A DNA stretch of 64,000 nucleotides. Source: Candidatus Magasanikiibacteriota bacterium (GTDB lineage Bacteria > Patescibacteriota > Patescibacteriia > Magasanikbacterales > UBA922). The DNA lies in assembly GCA_016193335.1 (NCBI GenBank), contig JACPSK010000001.1, forward strand, positions 343,424-407,423, given 5' to 3'. This document shows, piece after piece, positions 37,930-47,643 of this stretch (within the stretch, counting starts at the first letter, position 1; each line of letters opens with the position of its first letter). The notes under the pieces are model-generated. The model was not told the origin of the DNA. It made no database searches and was given only the letters and a program-made list of their open reading frames with translations. A program made the position numbers and the translations under genes.

Positions 37930-39933
37930 TCATTCCAATAAAATTTCATCACCTACCACGATAAAAGACCTGCCGGTCTGAATATCAAGGGCCTGCCCGC
38001 GCACATGCGAAGTAAGATTGGATTGAGTGGGATTTCTTTTATTCAAACTTATACTGAATTCCAAAGCTAAAACATCAAGACTTCTTGGCATGGAGTCAAT
38101 ACGCCAGATCAACTTTTTATCTTCTGCTTTGTACTCAATTTTGCCCGCAGGAATCGAAACGCTCGATTCGTCAAAACTAAGATCTCCGTATAGGTCTGTT
38201 GAAAGTTCAATATCCTTTAAATCATGAAAACTATTTTTTAGAAGCCAGGTAATGTTGTGTTTTTCAACTCCGTTTTTTTGCTCTTTCTCATCGCGGACTT
38301 CTACGCGGGTATCGGAATGAAAACTGAGCCCGACCGTATTACTGCTCAAAGTCTCGACCTCGTCCGAATCTGGTTTGCTATAAGCCAGCTGGGTTGAAAT
38401 TGAACCCACATAAGATAGAAAAGCGCCAAGATCAATTTGTTCGCTGTCGCGAACCGGCAATCTGACATCAATAGTGATTTTTTCTCCCGGAGAAAGTTGA
38501 GCCAATTCTGGCTGATGTTTTTTGGACCAACTGATATATCCTCTCCTCAATTCCTCGCTTGTCTGCTCCCCCACGATATCTCCGTCAAGCGGATCTTCGA
38601 GCGACTGCCAGGCGTATATACTGCTTTTATTGAATGAAGGGCCCTCAAACATGGTCCGGAGTTTAAGTTCTTCAAAAGTTATGGTTCCAGAATTTTCGAG
38701 GATTATGCTGACGTTGAGAAAATCTCCGGGTTGGGTATCCAAATCCTCCGCGCTTCCGTTTACAATGGTCCTAAGCAGAATGTCGAGATCATTAAGTTTA
38801 ATTTCCCGCCGCTCCGAAAGGTATAAAACTTCGCGATCAGGATATAAACCGCTCAAACTGAAACGCAGAGCCGGAGCGGCTTCCTCAGAGCCTGTCGCGG
38901 TAAATACACCTTTTATCGATATGGATTGAGCGGCTTTTAATTCACTAAAAATCCATTCTTGTTTTGTCTTATCAGCAAGCTCTGGCTCGGCCGACAGTAT
39001 GGAAAACTCCCCCTCCGGTTCCAGACGCAAAACAATTTTGTCGGGTTTTTGTCCCGTCAAAAATTCAGGGACTGACTCTAGGACCACTTCATAGATTTCT
39101 TCAGCTCCGGCATGAGTTTCTGAAGGAGCTTTAAGCGCCAAAGTATAAGGGGCCCCCGCCAGCTTTGTCTCGGCTGTCTCCACTTTTTGGAAAGTGGAAC
39201 TGAAATTTTCCGGCTGATAATTGAAAAATAATCTAAAAGAATGATTCGACCCTGCATCTCCTATCAAAACACCCCGTATATCAAAATACCCGCTTTCTTG
39301 AGGACCCAAAAAACCAAGATCCCAATGACTATTGTCCTCGTTCGAAGCTGGCTTGGTGCTGCTTACAAAACGAAATTGTTCAGGATATTTTATGTCAAGC
39401 CCGGCCTGTTTTAGGGCAAAATTTTGAGCGTTTCTATAACGAACGCGATAATTCAATTCCTGGCCTATCGCGGCCTCTTCCGGGCCGGAAATGCTTATAA
39501 CGATGTCCTGCTCGGAAAACTGGCTCCTGGGCTGTAAAACCGCGAAACCAAGCCAAGAAACTCCGATCAAAAACAAAAGCGAAAAAGCAAGAAAAACAAA
39601 GGCCCGTACTTTTCTTTTTTTCTTACCCCGAACAAAAGTCTTCATATCAGGCAAATTTCCGTTTTCGTCTTCATAAATAGCCGCTAATTCTTCCCCAACA
39701 GTTTTTTGGCTATTGATACCTTTCGTTTTAGAAAAATACTTCTTGTGCCCTCGCCGCGGTATGACAGAATCCTTTTTCTCTCCGGGTTTCTCTGTGTCAA
39801 GAACATCTGCGGCCGAAGACTCTATATCTTTTTTTTCTTCTGAATCCGGAAGTATTTTTTTTACAAAAATATGAGATTCATGATGAATCTCTGCTTCTTC
39901 TTTTTTTGGCGTTTCTTCTTCAAGATGAGACAT
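37930..39933 (-). CDS. Single-pass membrane protein with Ig-like (DUF11-like) extracellular domains
   Basis: Charged N-terminus, one TM, beta-rich repeats (YRVRYRN..WDLG.L). Confidence 0.7.
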   Translation of the reverse strand: MSHLEEETPKKEEAEIHHESHIFVKKILPDSEEKKDIESSAADVLDTEKPGEKKDSVIPRRGHKKYFSKTKGINSQKTVGEELAAIYEDENGNLPDMKTFVRGKKKRKVRAFVFLAFSLLFLIGVSWLGFAVLQPRSQFSEQDIVISISGPEEAAIGQELNYRVRYRNAQNFALKQAGLDIKYPEQFRFVSSTKPASNEDNSHWDLGFLGPQESGYFDIRGVLIGDAGSNHSFRLFFNYQPENFSSTFQKVETAETKLAGAPYTLALKAPSETHAGAEEIYEVVLESVPEFLTGQKPDKIVLRLEPEGEFSILSAEPELADKTKQEWIFSELKAAQSISIKGVFTATGSEEAAPALRFSLSGLYPDREVLYLSERREIKLNDLDILLRTIVNGSAEDLDTQPGDFLNVSIILENSGTITFEELKLRTMFEGPSFNKSSIYAWQSLEDPLDGDIVGEQTSEELRRGYISWSKKHQPELAQLSPGEKITIDVRLPVRDSEQIDLGAFLSYVGSISTQLAYSKPDSDEVETLSSNTVGLSFHSDTRVEVRDEKEQKNGVEKHNITWLLKNSFHDLKDIELSTDLYGDLSFDESSVSIPAGKIEYKAEDKKLIWRIDSMPRSLDVLALEFSISLNKRNPTQSNLTSHVRGQALDIQTGRSFIVVGDEILLE

Positions 39934-39961
39934 ATTTTGTGAAAAACCTTATAATGCGCGG

Positions 39962-42469
39962 CTATAAACGCTCCATAACCAAACCATAGGATCGGTCTTG
40001 ATCCAAAATCCCGGAAAACATAATCCCGTTACTGCCGGCTTCGATGTTTTCGCCAGAATACCACACCGGCCTCCAGGCATCGGGGAAAATAAGCGTCGAA
40101 TCGAATTCACTATTTGTGCCTGACTGTTTTTGCACCAAGAGCGAATAACGCGCTGTCTCTGCTCTCTTGCCAGCGCCAAAACCTTGCCACATTGTTTCGG
40201 CGTAAGAAGAATCGCCTTGCTCTTGTTTATTAAAATCAAAATTAAAGGGAAGCCGATAAACAAAAAATACTTCAGAGTCTTCCCCCGGCTTTGTCCGTGT
40301 CCAATTCCCGAATGCCGTCTTGCCAAATTCCTGAGTAATGCCAGTACCTGTGTTCACATGCAGAGTCTGAGTATCAGCTATGGCCTTCAGATCCGGGTCA
40401 TTCTCATACCAAGGCTCAGGAGCCAAAAAAGATTCCTCTTCAGGAAAAGAAAAACCGCCGGCATCTAAAAGCTCTGAACCCAAGGGCACATACACTCTCA
40501 AATAATTAATGTTCGGAGCTCCATAAAAATCTTCACCCGGCCTGCCCTCATGTTCTCGTTTTATTTTAACATAAGCTATGGCGCTGCCATCCGCCTGTAC
40601 CGCAACCTGATGGCTGATATGCTGACGAATCCGGGCGTCACTTTTTTCTCCGCCGATATTTGAATTCACTACCATGAGATAGTCTTGGTTATCTTGGGTA
40701 GGAATAATTTCGCCGGACCAACCGAATGTCTTGATTTTTTCCTGAACTTTTTCATCAGTAAAATACAATTGAATTTCCTTTTCTTGCAGAGCTCCATGCA
40801 ACTCCACGACCAGACGCAAGAGCTGATCAGGTTCGAGATTCCGCGTTTCAAGGATGAGCTGATCCAGCACCGAAGCCAAAACTTCCTTTGGCTGATTTTT
40901 TTCTTTGTCATAGCTGTTTTCCACTTCGTCTTGCAAAACATTCAGGCTCTTGTCTGCATCCAAATTAATATCAAAGGCTTCATTATACACAGGACCAAGC
41001 ACCTTGAGCACTCGTTCCAAAACAGAGGCATTGATGGCAATAACTCCGTCCACCGAAGTCCCGCGGCTATGCTGGTAAAACCAAGACATTTTTTTTGCTG
41101 TAGCCGGAAAATCCGGAAACCAATTGGAATCGTGGAATTCCCAGCGGCCGTTTACCAACTGCAAGGGCAAGGGCGGTTTTAAAAAGGTATCAAGTTGCCC
41201 CTGGACCTCGTAGGCCCCGCCGCCGGGCAGATCAAGAGAAAGCAATTTGCCTTTTTGCAAATCCATGACCGCGAAACTGCCCATAAATCCGCCGCTGGCG
41301 CGGAGTTCATGATTATTTTGAAATACAAGGAGGTAACGCTTGAAATCATCAGCGCCAAGGATCATATTCAAGCCCTCAAGAACTTGATTCATGTCTTCCA
41401 TATCATCTATAAAAGCCCCGAACAAAATTTTGAACTCATCAAAAACAGATTGGTATTCCACGGGAAGACTCGCGTTATCAACACGCATCAATTCTTCCAA
41501 GGCGGCTTGATATTGTGGCAAAGCGCTTCTTATATGCGCTCTAAATACGGACAATCTATCCGTGGGACTCAGGTCTTTTGCACGGGTCATTTCATCAACT
41601 CCTTTTACCAAATAGGTATTGCCAAGCGCCACATGATGACCGGCCTGCAACAAATCTTGCCTGCTTCTCACTTGTTTGCCAACGACGGGCAAAAGCTCAA
41701 CAACATACAAAAGGGCTTTATATTGTTTATCAATGATAGATTCGGTCTCGGCAAAAGAATTAAGAGCTTCGTTCAAATCATATTGAGCTTGATCAATATT
41801 GCTCGACAAAGCAGCGATGGTAGAAGACTGGAGAGACAAAAAAGCGTCAACACTTTTTTGAACCGCGTAAGAACTGTCCGACTTGATCTGGCGATAATAT
41901 GAAAGAGTCGGGTAAGGCAAAGTGACAGAAACAAACAAAACGATGAATCCATAAGAAAGACGTTTTAGGTCAAAATGTTGCCGTAAAGCGGCAAGGGGAC
42001 GATTTAGGATCATTTTCAACTCTCGAAGTGAAAAAAAAGAAACATGAAACCCGAGGAGCTGTGTTGAAAAAACGCGGGATAGTATTTTTTTGAGCGGAAA
42101 AAAATGCTCGCCTTTCCTGATTGGTGCAGAGGCCCGTTTCAGAGACTTTTCCGGTTTCAAAGGATTGTTGGCTTGTCTTACCAAAGCGGCGAAATCAATG
42201 TTTTGTCTTTTTTCAGTGAAAGACTGTTCTCGGTAAACCTCTACTCGTTCGGAGTGCCTTGGCTTCAGACTCCCAAGGTCAACGAGGTGGGGAGAGCTGA
42301 GCGGTTTTTGGTGCGCGTTAACAAAAATATACGCCGGCCCCTTGTCTTTGCTCTTTCTATTCTCGCAAGTCAATTTTGTATGACCCGGGATACGACAAAC
42401 AGAGCATTTTCGCTTTGCCCTTCCTTCTTTCCGACCGGCTTCCTTTTTTAACTTACGAGAACTACTCAT
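39962..42469 (-). CDS. DUF4012-domain membrane protein with N-terminal CCHC knuckle
   Basis: YLLVFQNNHELRASGGFMGS, DSNWFPDFP, VNSNIGGEKSD, YLRVYVP; CSVCRIPGHTKLTC. Confidence 0.8.
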   Translation of the reverse strand: MSSSRKLKKEAGRKEGRAKRKCSVCRIPGHTKLTCENRKSKDKGPAYIFVNAHQKPLSSPHLVDLGSLKPRHSERVEVYREQSFTEKRQNIDFAALVRQANNPLKPEKSLKRASAPIRKGEHFFPLKKILSRVFSTQLLGFHVSFFSLRELKMILNRPLAALRQHFDLKRLSYGFIVLFVSVTLPYPTLSYYRQIKSDSSYAVQKSVDAFLSLQSSTIAALSSNIDQAQYDLNEALNSFAETESIIDKQYKALLYVVELLPVVGKQVRSRQDLLQAGHHVALGNTYLVKGVDEMTRAKDLSPTDRLSVFRAHIRSALPQYQAALEELMRVDNASLPVEYQSVFDEFKILFGAFIDDMEDMNQVLEGLNMILGADDFKRYLLVFQNNHELRASGGFMGSFAVMDLQKGKLLSLDLPGGGAYEVQGQLDTFLKPPLPLQLVNGRWEFHDSNWFPDFPATAKKMSWFYQHSRGTSVDGVIAINASVLERVLKVLGPVYNEAFDINLDADKSLNVLQDEVENSYDKEKNQPKEVLASVLDQLILETRNLEPDQLLRLVVELHGALQEKEIQLYFTDEKVQEKIKTFGWSGEIIPTQDNQDYLMVVNSNIGGEKSDARIRQHISHQVAVQADGSAIAYVKIKREHEGRPGEDFYGAPNINYLRVYVPLGSELLDAGGFSFPEEESFLAPEPWYENDPDLKAIADTQTLHVNTGTGITQEFGKTAFGNWTRTKPGEDSEVFFVYRLPFNFDFNKQEQGDSSYAETMWQGFGAGKRAETARYSLLVQKQSGTNSEFDSTLIFPDAWRPVWYSGENIEAGSNGIMFSGILDQDRSYGLVMERL

Positions 42470-42645
42470 GATATGAGTTCATTTTTTATTAAGTATACCA
42501 CAAAAAATATAGGGTTCACAAACCTCGTAGAGTGTGTGTGATTAGTAATTTTTAATTTGTAATTTATAATTTTTAATTCCGAGACGCGAGTATAATCTAT
42601 TATGATTTGCTAACAGAAACCTTGGTTCTCTCACCATTCCAACGT

Positions 42646-43797
42646 TCATCCCGTTTGATCGAGATAAACATTCCTGGTAATGCCGGCCAGAGTATCCCAT
42701 GAATATCTAAGCAGCTCAGACCGGGCGGCTTGTCTCAGCTCATATCTTAGATCAGAATCGCTGAGAACTCGGTGTATGGCATCTGCCATCTGATCGGCGC
42801 TCATGGGATCCACATACGAAGCGGCCCCGCCCAAAATTTCCGGAATGCTACCCGCGTGAGAACTGATTACCGGCAATCCTCTGCTCATGGCTTCAAGCGG
42901 AGGCAAGCCGAAACCTTCATAGAGACTGGGGAACACAAAACATTCGGCTTTTTTGTACAAAAGGTCCAGATCCGCGTCAGAGACAAAACCCGTGTATAAA
43001 ACTTGTTTTGTCTGCACGCCGCGATTAAGCCCGCGAAATAGTTCCGAGTCAGTTAAATTTTTATAAGCGAAATCTTCTTTCCCTACTAAAACAAGCTGCC
43101 GTAGATTGCCATAGCGCTCACCATATACGTCCCAAGCCTTGAGCAATGTGTTCAAATTTTTGTGCGGATAAGCCGCTCCCACATAGAGAATAAAAGGCTT
43201 CTGAATTCCATGCACAGACAGTGTCGTTTCTTCATTTCCACTTTTATTTTCATAAGAATGCTCAAGACCGAAAGGAGCCTGGTATGTTACCTGTATCTTA
43301 TCTGCGGATACGCCAAGCATACCCACTATATCGTGCTTGGTATATTCACTGGTGGCAAATATATGACGCGCCGAGCCTGCCGCGTGGCGCAAGACCGATT
43401 TATACGCAAGGTGTTTAAATTTATAATACAAAGGGTTCAGAGTGCTGGCGCTCTCGTCCGGATAATGCAAGAGCAAAAGATCATGGATAGTGAGCACAAA
43501 GGGTTTTCTATATGAAAGCGGTACATTCCAATGCGGAAAATGCATCAGATCAACTCTTTCTTGTTGGAAAATTTTTGTGAGTTTGGTCTGTTCTTCCCAA
43601 CCATACCAATGAATATCAGCCAAAACTTTTTTGAAACACGGATTCTTGGGTTCGTATTCTCGCCAATTATCTTTTTTGAAAAATAAAACATACTCGTGTT
43701 CTCGTTCGATTTTCTCAAGATGCAAAACCAATTGCTGTATATAGCGCCCTATGCCGAATCCACTTCCCCACATACGAGCGTCTATGCCTATTTTCAT
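42646..43797 (-). CDS. GT4 glycosyltransferase
   Basis: GIDAR..GIGRY, TIHDL, FPSLYEGFGLPPLEAM. Confidence 0.93.
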   Translation of the reverse strand: MKIGIDARMWGSGFGIGRYIQQLVLHLEKIEREHEYVLFFKKDNWREYEPKNPCFKKVLADIHWYGWEEQTKLTKIFQQERVDLMHFPHWNVPLSYRKPFVLTIHDLLLLHYPDESASTLNPLYYKFKHLAYKSVLRHAAGSARHIFATSEYTKHDIVGMLGVSADKIQVTYQAPFGLEHSYENKSGNEETTLSVHGIQKPFILYVGAAYPHKNLNTLLKAWDVYGERYGNLRQLVLVGKEDFAYKNLTDSELFRGLNRGVQTKQVLYTGFVSDADLDLLYKKAECFVFPSLYEGFGLPPLEAMSRGLPVISSHAGSIPEILGGAASYVDPMSADQMADAIHRVLSDSDLRYELRQAARSELLRYSWDTLAGITRNVYLDQTG

Positions 43798-43981
43798 AGA
43801 TTTCAGTTAATCGAAGTAATCCTACCATTAGGCTTTATTCAGAGTCAAAAAAGTGTCCAACCCATAAAGAGCCCAAAGCTATGTACAAAAAACCAACACT
43901 GTGTTAAAGTCATTTGATTCTTCAAAATCAACGAAGAAGAATCGTGGACCAACCGGGCCGAGTGTCAGGACGGAGGAGAGC

Positions 43982-44665
43982 ATGAACATCAAACCTGTAT
44001 CCGTGGCCTGCCAAGAAGGCGTGGAAGATTGGGAGCGCGAGGCCGTGCTCCATGCCATACGCCTGGTCTTGGAAACCGGACGGGTGTTGCATTCTACGGA
44101 GATCGTGGACTGCGGTCTTTGGCGGAGTGATGCTTGGCTTTCCTCTCAAGGAGAGCTAAGCGCTTGGGAGAGCGTGGATTGGTATATCTCCCACGCTCGG
44201 GCCGAGAGCTCGAGACCCACTCAGCTCAACGGGCACACGCTGATGCGGCTCCTCCTGGCTGAGCCATGCCGACGTGAAAAAGACGGAGACCACTACGACG
44301 CGCTGGTCGTTGCAGACGACATGTACGACGGGGGCGAGACCAACTTCGTGCTCGGCCTCGGAGCCCCGGGACTTGGTACTGTGTTGTCGGTCAACCGTCT
44401 TCGGAGTCTGGAGCCTGAGCTTGCGAGCCTCTGCATCAGCACGCTTGCTCTGCACGAATTCGGACATGCTTGCGGTTTGATCGCGGACGACCGAAGAGAG
44501 AACTTCGAAACCTCGCTCGGACGACATTGCACGAATCGCTGCGTAATGCGCCAGGGCCTCTATGTGCCGCAGGACTGGATCCGCTTCACTGAGGAACGTC
44601 TGGAGGAAGGCCGAAACTTCTGCGCCCAGTGCAGGGACGAGCTGGGCCGTTGGTTTCGGAGATAG
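43982..44665 (+). CDS. GC-rich zinc metalloprotease, archaemetzincin-like
   Basis: HEFGHACGL..HCTNRCVM..FCAQC; SD GGAGGAGAGC-ATG. Confidence 0.8.
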   Translation: MNIKPVSVACQEGVEDWEREAVLHAIRLVLETGRVLHSTEIVDCGLWRSDAWLSSQGELSAWESVDWYISHARAESSRPTQLNGHTLMRLLLAEPCRREKDGDHYDALVVADDMYDGGETNFVLGLGAPGLGTVLSVNRLRSLEPELASLCISTLALHEFGHACGLIADDRRENFETSLGRHCTNRCVMRQGLYVPQDWIRFTEERLEEGRNFCAQCRDELGRWFRR

Positions 44666-44672
44666 GAGACAC

Positions 44673-44706
44673 GAATCTCACTCGCGAGGGTGAGATTCTT
44701 CATTTT
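44673..44706 (+). terminator. Terminator of the metalloprotease gene
   Basis: gaatctcac..gtgagattc followed by ttcatttt. Confidence 0.65.
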
Positions 44707-44928
44707 ATGGACCCTAGAAATAATCTACTATTTTCTACGGATGCCGATAAAACTTTGTGTCTAATGCTGAATTACAAAAAATAAAATCCTTCTGAAAATC
44801 CCCCACCGGGGAAGATACCACGAAAACATTAAAACAAAATAAACCTTATTTCTAGAGCCTCACCTCAAAAATAATTTTGAGCTGGAGTTCTAAATACTCT
44901 ATCCCAAACTAACCAAGAATGAATTACA

Positions 44929-46062
44929 TCACATAGAATGGATAAGAGACAAAAATTGAAGCGCTGTTTTCTCCCAACTGAAAAAAATAGACCTAACCAA
45001 AGCCTTTTGGGAATAATAGCCGGCCAAGACAGTATCCTCTGCCAGAAGTTTTATGGCATGAGCAAGTTCAGAAACATTATATGGATTCACGAGATAAGCA
45101 GCGTCTGAAACGAGCTCTGGTAATGAAGAACGGCTACTTGTGATAACCGGAAGACCGGCTGACATAGCCTCGAGCACGGGGAACCCAAAGCCCTCATACA
45201 AACTTGGATACACAAAAATACGGGCCAATTTATACAAAGCGCATTTATCTTCATGTTTTACATAGCCTACATACCGGGCCTTCCGAGTCTCTGCCATTGC
45301 CCGGTGTATCGAATGTGTTTTCCATCCTTCCGGCCCGGCGATGATAAGATGATAACCCTTGTCCGCCAGTCTGCTCAATTCAAAAGCCTTGAGCAGAGCT
45401 TGAATATTTTTTCGAGGTTCCAAAGTCCCAAGAAAAAAAAGATATTTCTCCGGCAAAGCATAAGCTTGCCTGACTGCTTCTAACCCGGAATTCTCTCGTT
45501 TCATGGCTGAAGAAATACCGGGATATAAAATCTGTATTTTGTCTGCTTCCAAAGCATACTGCGTGATAAGATCTTGCCTCGTATTTTCTGACGGTACGAA
45601 TATACGATCCGCTCCAAGGCACTGCGAGCGCGGATTGATAATTCTGTGCCGCCATTGTTGTTTGAAGGTAAAACAGTCCGGCAACAATTCAAAAGAAAGA
45701 TCATGAACAGTCAATATGACTTTGCTTGTCTTTGACCACGAAGAGAAATGGAGATTCGGGAAAAACATACAATCAATCTTTCTGCCAATCTTTGATTCCA
45801 AAAAACGGTCAAGACGCGGATGGCCTGAAATCGCGATGCTCCCATGCAAAAATTTATTGGGTAAACGAGTGGAAACATATTGTACATTATCGTAATTCCA
45901 CTTTGGTAGATAGCTAGAAACGTCTTCAAACGAATTATAAAAAAGAACATAATGATTGCTCCGGTCAATCGAAAAGAGAGCGGCAAGAAGCTCAAAGGTA
46001 TATTCCCCAACACCCGTACGCAAGGGGCTTGCGAGACATCTGATGTCAATGGCTATAACCAC
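44929..46062 (-). CDS. GT4 glycosyltransferase
   Basis: TGVGEY, GTLEPRKN, YPSLYEGFGFPVLEAM. Confidence 0.93.
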   Translation of the reverse strand: MVIAIDIRCLASPLRTGVGEYTFELLAALFSIDRSNHYVLFYNSFEDVSSYLPKWNYDNVQYVSTRLPNKFLHGSIAISGHPRLDRFLESKIGRKIDCMFFPNLHFSSWSKTSKVILTVHDLSFELLPDCFTFKQQWRHRIINPRSQCLGADRIFVPSENTRQDLITQYALEADKIQILYPGISSAMKRENSGLEAVRQAYALPEKYLFFLGTLEPRKNIQALLKAFELSRLADKGYHLIIAGPEGWKTHSIHRAMAETRKARYVGYVKHEDKCALYKLARIFVYPSLYEGFGFPVLEAMSAGLPVITSSRSSLPELVSDAAYLVNPYNVSELAHAIKLLAEDTVLAGYYSQKALVRSIFFSWEKTALQFLSLIHSM

Positions 46063-46170
46063 AGATTAAAATTTTTAATTTATAATTTGTAATGACACAA
46101 TTTCTAATGAGGTAAATAAAACACTGTCATCCGAAAGATACCGCAGAGATTCAGTCATTAGAAATGAATC

Positions 46171-46240
46171 ACTTCGCAGCAAGCTAACGAGGTATCAAAT
46201 ACCAAACTCAGGAAGAAATTCGCAGCAGAGCTGCGGGGAA
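46171..46240. repeat. Pair of REP-like GC hairpins
   Basis: ttcgcagcaagctaacgaggtat and ttcgcagcagagctgcgggg. Confidence 0.55.
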
Positions 46241-46300
46241 CTAACCCCGAAGGGATTAGAAATTAAGAGAATAAATTATAAATTGGAAATTGTTTACAAA

Positions 46301-47455
46301 TTAAAAATTAAAAATTTTGTTATTATTTACATAAAAATCCAAACGGCATTGATTCAGCCCGCGCAAAAATTCTTCATAGTGGTTTTCCACATAGCGCCGC
46401 ATTCGCTCTTTGAACTGTTTCTTGTCAAAACGTTCGGCCCAGTGACGAATGTCCTGGCTATTCCATGCGTAAGGGTCAAAATTAAGCACAGCGTCATATA
46501 AAGATTCCCAATTCTGTTCATGAAAAAAAATACCTGTTCTGCCCGGAATCAAAGTCTCGGTAACGCCTCCCTCTCTATACGCTATCACCGGCCGTCCGCT
46601 TGCCATAGATTCGATGGGCGTAATGCCCAGGTCTTCCACCTGAGGATGCACAAAGGCTTTTGCCCTGCTCAACAGGTCTGCTTTGTCTTTTTCATTGATT
46701 TTACCTAAAAACTGAATATTTCTTCTGGCCCTCTTTCGGAGGGACTCCAATTCCGGCCCCGAGCCGAAAATTTTGAGAGGAACCTTGAGTCTATTGAAAG
46801 CCTGAACCAGCAAATCAAAACGCTTGTAGGGGACGAGCCTGCCGCCGGAAACAAAATAGCTTCCTATATCATTTGATATATAAAATCGTTCCACATCCAC
46901 CGGCGGGTAAATCACATCGCTTTCACGGCGATAATACTTCGCGATTCTTCCCTGTACGGTCCTCGAGTTCGCGATAAAACGATCCACCCGGTCTACGCTC
47001 ATTTTATCCCAAAGCCGAAGTTTATGAATCAAACGAGGCAAAAGAGACTTCACCACGCGGTTGTACTTGAGATCTGCCAAATACTTGTAGGTATCAGTCC
47101 ACAAATAACGCGTTGGCGTGTGGCAATACGACACATGAAAAGTATCAGGCCGCGTAAGAACCCCTTTGGCGAAAGCGCTGGTGGATGACAAGACAACGTC
47201 AAAGCGATTTAAATCATGCCGTTCCGTGGCCAAAGGCATCCAAGGAAGATACCATTGATACCGCGTTTTCCCAAAAGGCATTTTTGCGATAAAAGACTGG
47301 CGCACATCCGCGTCTTTTGAAAAATCACTGATTTTTTTGCGGTCATGAAACAACACAAAAATCGGAGCCTCGGGCCACAATTCATGAAAAGCTTGAAGCA
47401 CGCGTTCCGCGCCGCCGTCCTGAGAAAGATAATCATGCACCAAGGCAATTTTCAT
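46301..47455 (-). CDS. GT4 glycosyltransferase
   Basis: MKIALVHDYL..GGAERVL, YCHTPTRY, EDLGITPIESMASG. Confidence 0.93.
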   Translation of the reverse strand: MKIALVHDYLSQDGGAERVLQAFHELWPEAPIFVLFHDRKKISDFSKDADVRQSFIAKMPFGKTRYQWYLPWMPLATERHDLNRFDVVLSSTSAFAKGVLTRPDTFHVSYCHTPTRYLWTDTYKYLADLKYNRVVKSLLPRLIHKLRLWDKMSVDRVDRFIANSRTVQGRIAKYYRRESDVIYPPVDVERFYISNDIGSYFVSGGRLVPYKRFDLLVQAFNRLKVPLKIFGSGPELESLRKRARRNIQFLGKINEKDKADLLSRAKAFVHPQVEDLGITPIESMASGRPVIAYREGGVTETLIPGRTGIFFHEQNWESLYDAVLNFDPYAWNSQDIRHWAERFDKKQFKERMRRYVENHYEEFLRGLNQCRLDFYVNNNKIFNF

Positions 47456-47643
47456 AATGTGATAAGGCAAGATTGGAAATACTGAAGATGCTTATTAAAA
47501 AAATCCGCAATCCAGAGCCACTTTATGAAGCAACTCATAAGGAAATCCGTTTTAGATTGACTCAACGCTATTTCGGAATATATTCTGATTATTGCTTAGC
47601 CGGTTCTTACACTAAAATTGTTTAAAAATGAAAAATAAAAACT

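Noticed and set aside
19380-41902. Long antisense or alternative-frame ORFs (e.g. 20108-20599, 22766-23410, 26141-26941, 41195-41902)
   Set aside because: They are shadows of well-supported genes, with no motifs or initiation signals.
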